DNA of 64,000 bases from Granulicella sp. (GTDB lineage: Bacteria > Acidobacteriota > Terriglobia > Terriglobales > Acidobacteriaceae): contig DAHWNL010000034.1 of the NCBI GenBank assembly GCA_027339965.1, positions 32,001-96,000 of the forward strand, given 5' to 3'. Position numbers and translations under genes: made by a program. The notes below the pieces were generated by a model that worked only from the letters and a program-made list of their open reading frames with translations, was not told the DNA's origin and made no database searches. This document shows, piece after piece, positions 50,575 to 59,837 of this stretch (positions are counted from its first letter, which is position 1; every line of letters starts with the position of its first letter).

Positions 50575-51078
50575 ATGACTCTCTCCTTTGTGCTGCTCGC
50601 CGCCATCGCGATCCTCGGCGCCGCCGCGGCGATGAATCTCAAAAGTGCCGTCCACTGCGTTCTCGCGCTCACCCTGGGCATGGTCGGCTTGGCTGCTCTC
50701 TATCTCCAGTTAGGAGCTCAATTTGTCGGATTGACGCAACTGCTTGTCTACGTCGGCGCAGTCGCGATTCTGGCAGTCTTCGCCATTATGCTGACCCGCA
50801 GCAGAACTGGGGAGAGTGTCGCGCATGGCCCGGCCTCCTCCAGGATCTCGGGAGCGCTGACCGCGCTGCTGGTCTTCGCTGTGCTGGCCTGGGCGATCTT
50901 CACCGGAGTCTCCCCGCAGCCGCTCTCCGGCGCACAGCCGGAGGCCTCCGTTCGCGAGGTTGGCGTGGCCCTGATGCAGCGCTTTGTCCTTCCACTGGAG
51001 ATCATCGGCGTGCTCCTGACCGCGGCACTGATCGGAGCCGGCGTCCTCGCCATCGAAGAAAAAGGAGGAGATCGATGA
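50575..51078 (+). CDS. nuoJ: Complex I subunit J
   Basis: QLLVYVGAVAIL, LPLEIIGVLL. Confidence 0.93.
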   Translation: MTLSFVLLAAIAILGAAAAMNLKSAVHCVLALTLGMVGLAALYLQLGAQFVGLTQLLVYVGAVAILAVFAIMLTRSRTGESVAHGPASSRISGALTALLVFAVLAWAIFTGVSPQPLSGAQPEASVREVGVALMQRFVLPLEIIGVLLTAALIGAGVLAIEEKGGDR

Positions 51079-51386
51079 GCCCGCTCTCCGGCTACCTGCT
51101 CCTCTCCGCCCTTCTGTTCTCCATTGGCCTCTCCGGCGCACTCACCCGGCGCAATGCCATCCTGGTTCTCATTGGCATCGAACTCATGCTCAACGCTGCC
51201 AACCTGAACTTCATCGCCTTCTGGCGCTACAGTCCTCACCCGGAGATGCTCACCGGCGTGATGTTCGTCATCTTCTCCATCGGCATCGCCGCGGCAGAAG
51301 CCGCCGTTGGCCTCAGTATCATCGTTGCCGTCTACCGGCACTTCCGGACGACGGATCTCGACAAGATCAACTTCCTGAAGGGGTAG
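51075..51386 (+). CDS. nuoK: Complex I subunit K
   Basis: RRNA, IELMLNA, AAAEAAVGL. Confidence 0.95.
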   Translation: MSPLSGYLLLSALLFSIGLSGALTRRNAILVLIGIELMLNAANLNFIAFWRYSPHPEMLTGVMFVIFSIGIAAAEAAVGLSIIVAVYRHFRTTDLDKINFLKG

Positions 51387-51497
51387 GCGCTACATCATGA
51401 ACGTACGACCTGGCAACATCTTCAACACCGCAACCGCCTGCGTTGTCGACAAAAAACCTGGCTCTCTTTCTCACCTGCAACTCTTGACTGGCGCTCA

Positions 51498-53615
51498 ATG
51501 AACTGGATCGTGCAAAATCTCTGGCTGATTCCTGCGTTACCCCTGCTTGCGGCGGGGATCATTGCCCTTACCCCGCAGAAGGGCCACGTACGCGGAGCTG
51601 CTCTCGCCATCGGTTCGATGGGCATCTCCTTGCTTCTCTCGATCTGGGCATTTGCGCACGTGCTATCCCTGCGCGGCAGCGGCCAACTCACCACTCAGGT
51701 CTTCAACTTCCGCTGGTTCCAGTTTGGCAACGACTGGCTGTCGCTCGGCTGGGTCTTGAATCCCCTCACCGCGGTCATGCTGGTCATGGTCACCTTCGTG
51801 GGCCTGCTGATCTTCATCTTCAGTGTCGGCTATATGGCGCACGATGAGAACTTTACTCGGTTCTTCTGCTTCCTTGCCCTCTTTGCCGGGGCCATGCTCG
51901 GCGTCGTTATCGCCAACAGCCTGCTACTGCTGTTCATGTGCTGGGAGATCGTTGGCTTGACATCCTATCTCCTGATCGGCTTCTGGTATCACAAGCCCAG
52001 CGCCGCCGCCGCCTGCAAGAAGGCATTCATCACCACCCGCATCGGCGATCTGCCCTTCTTCCTCGGCATGGTCTGGCTCTACTCCCAAACCGGAACTCTG
52101 CTCTTCTACAACAATGGCGGCGGATGCATTGAGCCAAGCGCCATCACCCACATGCTCTCCCAAGCCACGCCCCTGGGAATCTGCGCGGCCACCGCCATCG
52201 CCCTGCTCGTCTTCTGCGGAGCTGTGGGCAAGAGCGGACAGGTTCCGCTGCACGTCTGGTTGCCCGACGCCATGGAAGGCCCCACGCCCGTCAGCGCGCT
52301 GATCCACGCCGCCACTATGGTCGCCGCCGGCGTCTTTCTGGTCGCTCGCGTCTACCCTCTCATGAGTGCGCAGCACTCCATCAACGGCATGCTGACTACC
52401 TCAGCCGCCCTGCAGGTGGTTACCTGGGTTGGCGCCATCACGGCTTTCTTTGCCGCCACCATCGCCGTCGCGCAGTGGGACATCAAGCGGATTCTGGCCT
52501 ACTCAACCGTCTCCCAGCTCGGCTATATGATGATGGGCCTGGGAGTTGGCGGTGTCGCGGTTGGAATCTTTCACCTCATCACCCACGCCTTCTTTAAATC
52601 CCTGCTCTTCCTCGGCGCCGGCTCCGTCATTCACGGCTGCTCGGACGAACAGGATATTCGCCGCATGGGCGGCTTAGCCAAATACATGCCGGTGACCTTT
52701 GCCGCTTATGCGGTCGGCATGCTCGCCCTATGCGGCTTTCCGCTTTTCTCCGGCTTCTGGAGCAAGGATGAGATCCTGCATGCGGCCAGCACCTGGAACG
52801 TCTCCCACGTGCCGTATCTTCTCGGCGCAGCAGGAGCTCTACTGACGGCCTTCTATATGTCCCGCCAGGTGATCTACGTCTTCTTCGGAACCCTTCGCGC
52901 GGCGCCGATCGCCCATCAGGGCGCTCACGGAGCCAGTCTCGCTCCAGCCCATGCGGATGCTCACCACCATGCTTCGGGAGTCCCGCATGAAAGCCCTGCT
53001 GTGATGACAGTCCCTCTCGTGCTGTTGTCCATCTTCGCCGGGCTGCTCGGCTTTGTCGGAACAGCCGCTTGGCCCTGGTTCCAGTCCTTTGTGGAGGACG
53101 CTCCGCTCAAGCTGGACTTTGGCGCTTTTACCCAAGGCGGAATCCTCCCCGTCATGCTGACCTCCTCGGTGATCGTCCTGCTCGGCCTTGGTTTAGGTTG
53201 GTGGTTTTACGGTCGCCGGCCCTTGGAAGGAACCGACGCTCCCGACAACCTTGGGAGGCTTGCGCCCTCCGCCTTCAGCTTCCTCGGTCACGCTGCCTAT
53301 GTGGATGCGCTCTATGGAGCCACCTTCATTCGTCTCAATACGCTCTTCTCCAAGATCTCCGATTGGTTTGACCGTTGGATCTGGAACGGCGCCGTCAAGA
53401 CGGTGACCCAAACGGTCTTTGGATTTGCTCACTTGGACAACTTCATCGATACACACGTGGTGAACTCAGGCTTTGACGAAGGGTGCGAAGGCGTCTCCGG
53501 CGGCGGAAGGCTCCTAGCATTGCTCCAGGCAGGCCGTATTCAGGGATATCTCAAGATCATCGCAGGCGCGTTGGTTGTGTTCACCGTCCTGCTGCTATGG
53601 AAGGCACGCATATGA
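51498..53615 (+). CDS. nuoL: Complex I subunit L with an elongated amphipathic helix
   Basis: WEIVG, GKSGQVPLHVWLPDAMEGPTPVSALIHAATMV, HAFFKS, WSKDEI; 705 aa. Confidence 0.96.
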   Translation: MNWIVQNLWLIPALPLLAAGIIALTPQKGHVRGAALAIGSMGISLLLSIWAFAHVLSLRGSGQLTTQVFNFRWFQFGNDWLSLGWVLNPLTAVMLVMVTFVGLLIFIFSVGYMAHDENFTRFFCFLALFAGAMLGVVIANSLLLLFMCWEIVGLTSYLLIGFWYHKPSAAAACKKAFITTRIGDLPFFLGMVWLYSQTGTLLFYNNGGGCIEPSAITHMLSQATPLGICAATAIALLVFCGAVGKSGQVPLHVWLPDAMEGPTPVSALIHAATMVAAGVFLVARVYPLMSAQHSINGMLTTSAALQVVTWVGAITAFFAATIAVAQWDIKRILAYSTVSQLGYMMMGLGVGGVAVGIFHLITHAFFKSLLFLGAGSVIHGCSDEQDIRRMGGLAKYMPVTFAAYAVGMLALCGFPLFSGFWSKDEILHAASTWNVSHVPYLLGAAGALLTAFYMSRQVIYVFFGTLRAAPIAHQGAHGASLAPAHADAHHHASGVPHESPAVMTVPLVLLSIFAGLLGFVGTAAWPWFQSFVEDAPLKLDFGAFTQGGILPVMLTSSVIVLLGLGLGWWFYGRRPLEGTDAPDNLGRLAPSAFSFLGHAAYVDALYGATFIRLNTLFSKISDWFDRWIWNGAVKTVTQTVFGFAHLDNFIDTHVVNSGFDEGCEGVSGGGRLLALLQAGRIQGYLKIIAGALVVFTVLLLWKARI

Positions 53616-55180
53616 GCCCCGCTACGAGCCCTATTCCCTGGATTACGACGCTGACGGCGCTTCCCCTGGTAGGGGCCCTCCTGGTGCTCGCTTTGGGCAG
53701 AAACAAAGCCATGGCGCGCTGGACGGCGCTAGCGTTCAGCCTTGTTGCCTTGGTCTTTACCCTGATCCTCTGGCACAACTTCAACTCCGCGGCCGCTGCC
53801 TTCCAGTTTCAAGAGATCCACACATGGATTCCCTCGCTCCATGTTGACTACCGCGTTGGAATCGATGGCCTCGGCCTGCTGATGCTCCTGCTCACCGCCG
53901 TCGTGATTCCCATCAGCGTCTTGGCTTCCTGGCATGTCGAACACAAGGTTGGGTTGTATTTCTCTCTGGTCCTGGCCCTGCAGGCATGCCTCTTTGGCAC
54001 CTTCACCGCCCTTAACTTCTTCCATTGGTTCATCTTCTGGGAACTGGGCCTGATTCCTGCCTTCTTCTTGGTCAAGCTTTGGGGAGGCCCGGGCAGCGCC
54101 AAAGCCGCCATGCAGTTCCTGGTTTACACCATGGTGGGCGGCGTGGCCATGCTGCTCTCCTTCCTGGCCATCTTCCTGGCTACGGGAACATTCGATTTCA
54201 CTGAACTGGCCACCATGGCTCAGAATGGCACTCTCATGCCGGCTGTGGTCGCCCGGCTCAACTGGCATCTTCTAACCCCGCAGCATGTGGCGATGATCAT
54301 CTTCTGCGGAGCTCTGCTCGGCTTCGCAGTCAAGGTTCCCTTGTTTCCCTTCCACACATGGCTGCCCTCCACCTACTCCGAGGCACCCTCAGGCGTTACC
54401 ATTCTGCTGACCGGAGCCATGTCAAAAATGGGCCTCTACGGCTTCCTGCGAATCCTGCTCCCGATCTTCAGCGCGGAGATGCAGCGCGCGCTCAACCTCC
54501 TGCTCTGGCTCGCTGTGGCCACCATTGTTCTGTCCGCTTACACCGCTCTGGCGCAGAAGGATCTCAAGCGCATCTTCGCCTACTCCTCCATCAACCACCT
54601 GGGCTACTGTTTGCTGGCGATCTTCGCAGTGGTCAGATTCACCGGCGGCGATCCTTTGCTCACCAGTCAGAAGTTTGCCGCCATCAATGGCGTCTTTCTG
54701 CAGATGTTCAACCACGGCCTTACCGCCGCCACCCTTTTCTGGTTTGTCGCCATGCTGGAACACCGCAGCGGCGGCCTGCGTGGTCTGGATGACTTCGGCG
54801 GCTTGCGCAAGGCCGTGCCGGTCTTCACGGGGCTGATGGGCATTGCGCTCTTCTCTTCTCTTGGCCTGCCCGGCCTCAATGGCTTTGTCGGAGAGTTCCT
54901 CATCTTCAAAGGCGTCTTCCCCCTCACGATGTGGGCCGCCTCGCTGTCGATCATCGGCCTGCTCATCACCGCCCTCTTCATTTTGGGCATCCTGCAACGT
55001 GTCTTTTCCGGTCCACTTAACGAGCGGTGGGCGCATCTGCCCGATCTCACCCTCGGCGAGCGCCTCGCGCTGATTCCCGTGATCGGACTCATGTTCGTTC
55101 TGGGTCTCTATCCCCAGTTGATCCTCGGCGTCGTCAACCACACCGCCATCCAGATGGCGCTACATCTGCGGACTTTCTGA
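53612..55180 (+). CDS. nuoM: Complex I subunit M, first copy (canonical charged residues)
   Basis: GIDGL, FWEL, AVKVPLFPFHTWLP, SKMGLYG, GFVGEF. Confidence 0.94.
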   Translation: MSPATSPIPWITTLTALPLVGALLVLALGRNKAMARWTALAFSLVALVFTLILWHNFNSAAAAFQFQEIHTWIPSLHVDYRVGIDGLGLLMLLLTAVVIPISVLASWHVEHKVGLYFSLVLALQACLFGTFTALNFFHWFIFWELGLIPAFFLVKLWGGPGSAKAAMQFLVYTMVGGVAMLLSFLAIFLATGTFDFTELATMAQNGTLMPAVVARLNWHLLTPQHVAMIIFCGALLGFAVKVPLFPFHTWLPSTYSEAPSGVTILLTGAMSKMGLYGFLRILLPIFSAEMQRALNLLLWLAVATIVLSAYTALAQKDLKRIFAYSSINHLGYCLLAIFAVVRFTGGDPLLTSQKFAAINGVFLQMFNHGLTAATLFWFVAMLEHRSGGLRGLDDFGGLRKAVPVFTGLMGIALFSSLGLPGLNGFVGEFLIFKGVFPLTMWAASLSIIGLLITALFILGILQRVFSGPLNERWAHLPDLTLGERLALIPVIGLMFVLGLYPQLILGVVNHTAIQMALHLRTF

Positions 55181-55182
55181 TT

Positions 55183-56691
55183 ATGCTTGCTTGGACGATC
55201 TACCTATCCTTTCTTGGAGCACTGGCGCTTCTGCTGTTGCCCAGCCGCAGCGCCACCTTGGCGAGGTTGCTGGCATTGCTGGTCAGCGTCACCACCTTTT
55301 CGCTTGCTCTCATGGGATTCCTCCAGCATCGCTCCGGCGAGATGTTCACCGTCGCCGGCGTTCCCTGGATTCAATCCCTGGGCATCCAATATTCCCTTAA
55401 AGCCGACGGTATCAGCTTGACTCTGCTTCTACTTACCGGTGTTATCGGCATTTGCGGCGTTCTTCTGTCCTGGGATATTAACGTTCGCGTCAAGGAGTTC
55501 TTCGCCTTTTACCTGGTGCTCATCGGCGCCGTCTACGGCGTCTTCCTCAGCTACGACCTCTTCCTCCTCTTTGTCTTCTACGAAATTGTCGTCATCCCCA
55601 AGTACTTCCTGATCGCCATCTGGGGCTCAACGCGGCGGGAGTACGGAGCCATGAAGCTGGTGATTTACTCCTTCATCGGCAGCGCCATGGTCCTGGTTGG
55701 TCTTGTCGCCGCTTATGTCTGCTCTGGCTCCAGAAGCTTGTCTCTGGACTACTTGGCCGGTTACCACTTCTCGCCACACTTCCAGATGTGGGCGTTCCCT
55801 CTGGTCTTCACCGGCTTTGCCGTTCTTGCCGGTATGTGGCCCTTTCACACCTGGGCCCCCACCGGACACGTCGCTGCGCCCACTGCTGCTTCCATGCTCC
55901 TGGCCGGCGTCGTCATGAAGCTCGGGGCCTATGGATGCCTTCGAGTCGCCATGACGCTCTTCCCTCTCGGATTGGGTCCATGGGGCTTTCACGTCCTCGG
56001 GTTTGGATCCTGGCGTGACGTCTTTGCCGTCCTGGCCGTGATCGGCATCATCTACGGCGCGTTGGTCGCCCTGGTGCAGAAGGACTTCAAATTCGTCATC
56101 GGTTACTCCAGCATCAGCCACATGGGCTTTATTCTGCTGGGCTTGATGACGTTGAATCAGATTGGCCTCTCCGGTGCCGTCGTGCAGATGGTCTCCCACG
56201 GTATCCTCGCAGGATTGCTCTTCGGCGTGGTCGGCCGCATGGTCTACGCTCGCACCCATACCCGGGAGCTGTCGGCCCTGGGCCCCATGCACCTCAGCAA
56301 GGTCATTCCCTTTGCCGCAGCTACTTTCGTCATCGCCGGCATGGCCAGCATGGGGCTGCCCGGATTCAGCGGTTTTGCTGCCGAACTCATGATTCTCATC
56401 GGCGTCTGGCGCTCTTATCCAACCCTGATTCTCTTCGTGGGCGTCGGTCTGGTCGCCGGCGTTGCCTATATCTGGCGCGCCATGCAACAGGCATTCTTTG
56501 CCGGAGGGCCCCCGGCCACCGCTCCTCCCGATCATCCGCTTCCACCCATCTCCCTCCCGGAACGCGTGGCCGCTGTCATCCTCATCGCATCAAGCGTGAT
56601 CGTCGGCATCTTCCCCCAGATCTTTCTCAGTGTCATCCATCCAGCCCTGAATTCGCCGATGTTTGACGGCCTGCGCAAGGGGGGCTGGTAA
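55183..56691 (+). CDS. nuoM: Complex I subunit M, second divergent copy
   Basis: ADGIS, FYEI, AVLAGMWPFHTW, MKLGAYG, YSSISHMG, GFAAEL. Confidence 0.92.
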   Translation: MLAWTIYLSFLGALALLLLPSRSATLARLLALLVSVTTFSLALMGFLQHRSGEMFTVAGVPWIQSLGIQYSLKADGISLTLLLLTGVIGICGVLLSWDINVRVKEFFAFYLVLIGAVYGVFLSYDLFLLFVFYEIVVIPKYFLIAIWGSTRREYGAMKLVIYSFIGSAMVLVGLVAAYVCSGSRSLSLDYLAGYHFSPHFQMWAFPLVFTGFAVLAGMWPFHTWAPTGHVAAPTAASMLLAGVVMKLGAYGCLRVAMTLFPLGLGPWGFHVLGFGSWRDVFAVLAVIGIIYGALVALVQKDFKFVIGYSSISHMGFILLGLMTLNQIGLSGAVVQMVSHGILAGLLFGVVGRMVYARTHTRELSALGPMHLSKVIPFAAATFVIAGMASMGLPGFSGFAAELMILIGVWRSYPTLILFVGVGLVAGVAYIWRAMQQAFFAGGPPATAPPDHPLPPISLPERVAAVILIASSVIVGIFPQIFLSVIHPALNSPMFDGLRKGGW

Positions 56692-58187
56692 TGAACATCA
56701 TCGACTTTGGACAACTTCTTCGCCTTCTCTGGCCTGAGATCACCATCATCCTCGCCGCTCTGCTCGCCCTATCGGTCGATCTGGTCGCGCTCCGGCACTC
56801 TCACCTCCGCCTTCGCTTCCTGACTGCCAGCATCATCGCATCCGTCGGATGCCTTCTTGCGATCGACGAGCTTCTCCATGCCTCAACCCAAGGAGCGCTT
56901 CTCGATAAGATCCTCGTCACTAGTCCGCTGACACAAATGGTCCAGATCGCCTTGCTGGGCATCGCCATCCTGACCCTCTTTTTGGCAGTCGACGCCGATT
57001 TCACCGAACATGTCGGAGAATTCGTCCTTCTCATTCTTCTAGCCACTACAGGAATGATGTTCCTGGTGTCTGCCCAAGATCTCCTCGTCCTCTTCCTCTC
57101 GTTGGAGTTGCTCAGCCTGTCAGCCTATGCTCTTTCCGGTTTTGACAAACTCCGCCCCCGCTCCTCAGAGGCTGCGTTGAAGTACTTCCTCTTCGGCGGC
57201 ATGTCCGCCGCGTTCCTCCTGTTCGGTTTCAGCCTGCTTTACGGCCTGGCCGACTCCACCAACTTCGTGGACATAGCCTACGCGGTTCAAGGACATCCCT
57301 TCAGCCCCATCCTGATGCTGGCCATCGTCACCACCGTCATCGGCTTCGGTTTCAAACTCGCTGCCGCTCCCTTCCACTTCTGGGCGCCGGATGTTTACCA
57401 GGCCGCGCCCATCCCCAGCGCAGCCTTTATCGCCTCCGGTTCCAAGGTTGCCGGCTTCTTTATCTTCTTCCAACTTCTGGTTCTCGGGTTTGCCGGTGCG
57501 GAAGGCGCAGCATCCCCGCTTCACTTTCAGAGCGGCTGGGTGCCGGTTCTGGTGGCCGTCTCCGTCGTCTCCATGATTCTGGGTAATCTGATCGCAATCA
57601 CCCAGACGAGCCTCCGCCGCCTGCTCGCCTACTCCGCCGTAGCCCATGCCGGCTACATGCTGCTCGCGTACGTGGCCCATTCGGAGCAGAGCTTGGCAGC
57701 GCTTCTCTATTACGTTGTGACTTATGCTCTGGCGACGCTCGGGATCTTTGCAATCCTGGCGGTCACCGAGAAGCATCTGGGCAACGATCATATCGCTGAC
57801 CTGGCCGGCCTTAGCCGCCGCGCACCCTTTCTTTCAGCCTGTCTCTTCGTCTTAATTCTGTCTCTGGCCGGTATTCCACCGCTCTCTGGCTTCTTCGCCA
57901 AGTTCTTCCTGTTTGTCTCCCTTCTCAACACGAATCCAGGATCGAAGTTACTGCTTTGGCTCATCATCCTGGCCATCGGCATGAGCGCGGTCTCGCTTTA
58001 CTACTACCTGCGAGTCCTGAAGAGCGCCTTCGTCGCCGATGCGCCGCCTGAGGCCGCTCCAATCCAATCCACCATGCTCATGCGCCTGCTCGTAGGGGTT
58101 CTGGCGGGAGGAGTAATCGTTCTGGGATGCGCGCCCGAACTGATTCTTCATCAGATCCTGAAGGTCATCCAGGCCTCCGGCCTTTAA
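56691..58187 (+). CDS. nuoN: Complex I subunit N
   Basis: SLELLSL, EAALKYF, FKLAAAPFHFWAPDVY, SKVAG, SLAGIPPLSGFFAK. Confidence 0.96.
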   Translation: MNIIDFGQLLRLLWPEITIILAALLALSVDLVALRHSHLRLRFLTASIIASVGCLLAIDELLHASTQGALLDKILVTSPLTQMVQIALLGIAILTLFLAVDADFTEHVGEFVLLILLATTGMMFLVSAQDLLVLFLSLELLSLSAYALSGFDKLRPRSSEAALKYFLFGGMSAAFLLFGFSLLYGLADSTNFVDIAYAVQGHPFSPILMLAIVTTVIGFGFKLAAAPFHFWAPDVYQAAPIPSAAFIASGSKVAGFFIFFQLLVLGFAGAEGAASPLHFQSGWVPVLVAVSVVSMILGNLIAITQTSLRRLLAYSAVAHAGYMLLAYVAHSEQSLAALLYYVVTYALATLGIFAILAVTEKHLGNDHIADLAGLSRRAPFLSACLFVLILSLAGIPPLSGFFAKFFLFVSLLNTNPGSKLLLWLIILAIGMSAVSLYYYLRVLKSAFVADAPPEAAPIQSTMLMRLLVGVLAGGVIVLGCAPELILHQILKVIQASGL

Positions 58188-58350
58188 CCGAAGGTCCGTT
58201 CTCATCCCTGTTGCCCCTTTGCTCCTAGAATTTCTTTTTTGGGATGCGTTTTCCCATATAGAGTCCTGTTTCTACCATATGGCCGACGCAACTCTGTGGG
58301 GTTTTTCTTTTGTAAACAAAGCTCCGTGCCAATCGTTTTATAATCCTTGC

Positions 58351-58674
58351 GTGAGCCGTCGATTCCACATCTTCTTCTCGATCGCCGCCATCCTTCTGAT
58401 TGTTGGCTCACAGCTATGTCAGCTCTGCGATCGTTGGGACACCATCGCTGACTTTGGACATGATTCTGAGTTCATGTTCTTTGTCATAGGGCTCTGCATT
58501 GGGATGTGTCTCCTTTTAGCATGGCTGGCCGTGCGGCTCATCAGGGTCATGCTTCTGCTGATCCTACGGATCTTCGAGGCCGCGCCAGCTGCCTGCGAGA
58601 TGCATTTTCCTGACACCGGGTATCTACGCCTGCTCTTCTCTCCGCCTTTGAGTTCGACCTCCCTCCGCATCTAG
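58351..58674 (+). CDS. Small leaderless two-TM protein with CxxC; candidate regulatory leader ORF of the efflux operon
   Basis: TATAAT (58339-58344) 6 nt before GTG 58351; MSRRFHIFFSIAAILLIVGSQLCQLCDRWD..GHDSEF, second TM, C-terminus SPPLSSTSLRI. Confidence 0.7.
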   Translation: MSRRFHIFFSIAAILLIVGSQLCQLCDRWDTIADFGHDSEFMFFVIGLCIGMCLLLAWLAVRLIRVMLLLILRIFEAAPAACEMHFPDTGYLRLLFSPPLSSTSLRI

Positions 58675-58758
58675 GCCCAGCTCTTCGTAGCGCGTGTCCG
58701 TGCACGTACAAGTTGCCGTGCGCTCATTTTCCTTCGGACAGCCATCAGCGGAGTCGTT

Positions 58759-59832
58759 ATGAAGACCCATCGCTTTGCCCCGTGGCGCAGCGCACTCCTT
58801 AGCTCGCGCGCTTCAGGTATCTGCGCCATTGCGCTAGCCTGTGCCCTATCTTCCCGTGGCCAAACACCCGATGCGAACACGATCACCGTCACGTTGCAAC
58901 CGTTCATCGCCAAGCTGATCGCCTACGGCCAGGTGGAGCCCATCCAGCTTGTTCCGCTCATTGCCGCGGAGACAGGCGTCGTAGAAGGTCTGCGTGTCGT
59001 TCCCGGGACTCACGTTCATGCCGGCCAATCCCTGGCCACTCTCGCCGGTCCCACGATGCAAACGTTGCTTCTACAGAGTCAAGCCGAGGTCCGCAGCGCT
59101 CGCTCTGCCCTCGACGCTGCCCAAAAAAGCCTCGCGATCGAACGAGAGCAGTTGCCATCACACCTCACCACTCGCCAGGCCGTCCAGCAAGCAGATAGCG
59201 CCACAGCGCAGGCGCAGGCTGTCTACGATAGCGCCCAATCAAAGCTCGCCTCGGTGCGCCAGATGATGACGCTGACTGCTCCCACCGGGGGAATCGTCAT
59301 CGCCATCAACAGCTCGAATGGCCAGCTCGTCAGCACTGGCCAGACGGTGATCACCTTGCAGCCTGCCCTGGGCCTTTGGCTACACGCCAACTACTATGGT
59401 TCTGACCTTAGCTCAATCCATCCCGGTATGACCGGCACATTCGTGCCTTCCGATGGCAGCGCCTCCGTCCGCGTCCGCGTCTGCTCCGTCGCCGGAAGTC
59501 TTGCCGCCGGCGGCGGCGAATCTGTCTTTCTCTGCCCCCCGCGTAACAGCCATGCGTGGATCAATGGAGAGGCCGGTGAGGCTCGTATCGACCTTCCAAA
59601 GCAGAACTTCGCCATCGTACCCACCCGTGCGCTGGTTCTCAGTCAAGGCAAATGGTGGGTGCTGGTTCATAACCGCAAGGGTGACCATGCTCAGCAAGTG
59701 GAGCCTGACCATGCTCAAGGCTGGAATACCTTTATCAAGAATGGTCTGACGCCTGGAATGCAGGTTATCGTCAACAACGCCTATCTTCTCTTCCACGCAA
59801 AAATAGCCGAACAGTTCCAGATACCCGACTGA
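58759..59832 (+). CDS. RND efflux periplasmic adaptor (MFP)
   Basis: YGQVEP, lipoyl halves (ETGVVEGLRVVPGTHV / LTAPTGGIV), alpha-hairpin, VPTRALV, GLTPGMQVIV. Confidence 0.9.
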   Translation: MKTHRFAPWRSALLSSRASGICAIALACALSSRGQTPDANTITVTLQPFIAKLIAYGQVEPIQLVPLIAAETGVVEGLRVVPGTHVHAGQSLATLAGPTMQTLLLQSQAEVRSARSALDAAQKSLAIEREQLPSHLTTRQAVQQADSATAQAQAVYDSAQSKLASVRQMMTLTAPTGGIVIAINSSNGQLVSTGQTVITLQPALGLWLHANYYGSDLSSIHPGMTGTFVPSDGSASVRVRVCSVAGSLAAGGGESVFLCPPRNSHAWINGEAGEARIDLPKQNFAIVPTRALVLSQGKWWVLVHNRKGDHAQQVEPDHAQGWNTFIKNGLTPGMQVIVNNAYLLFHAKIAEQFQIPD

Positions 59833-59837
59833 CGCCC

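Noticed and set aside
45502..58187. Group 4 energy-converting NiFe hydrogenase or Mrp antiporter interpretation
   Set aside because: The large subunit has no CxxC motifs at either end, ends in GEVDR and keeps quinone-site motifs; nuoA, J and K are present and no maturation genes are seen.
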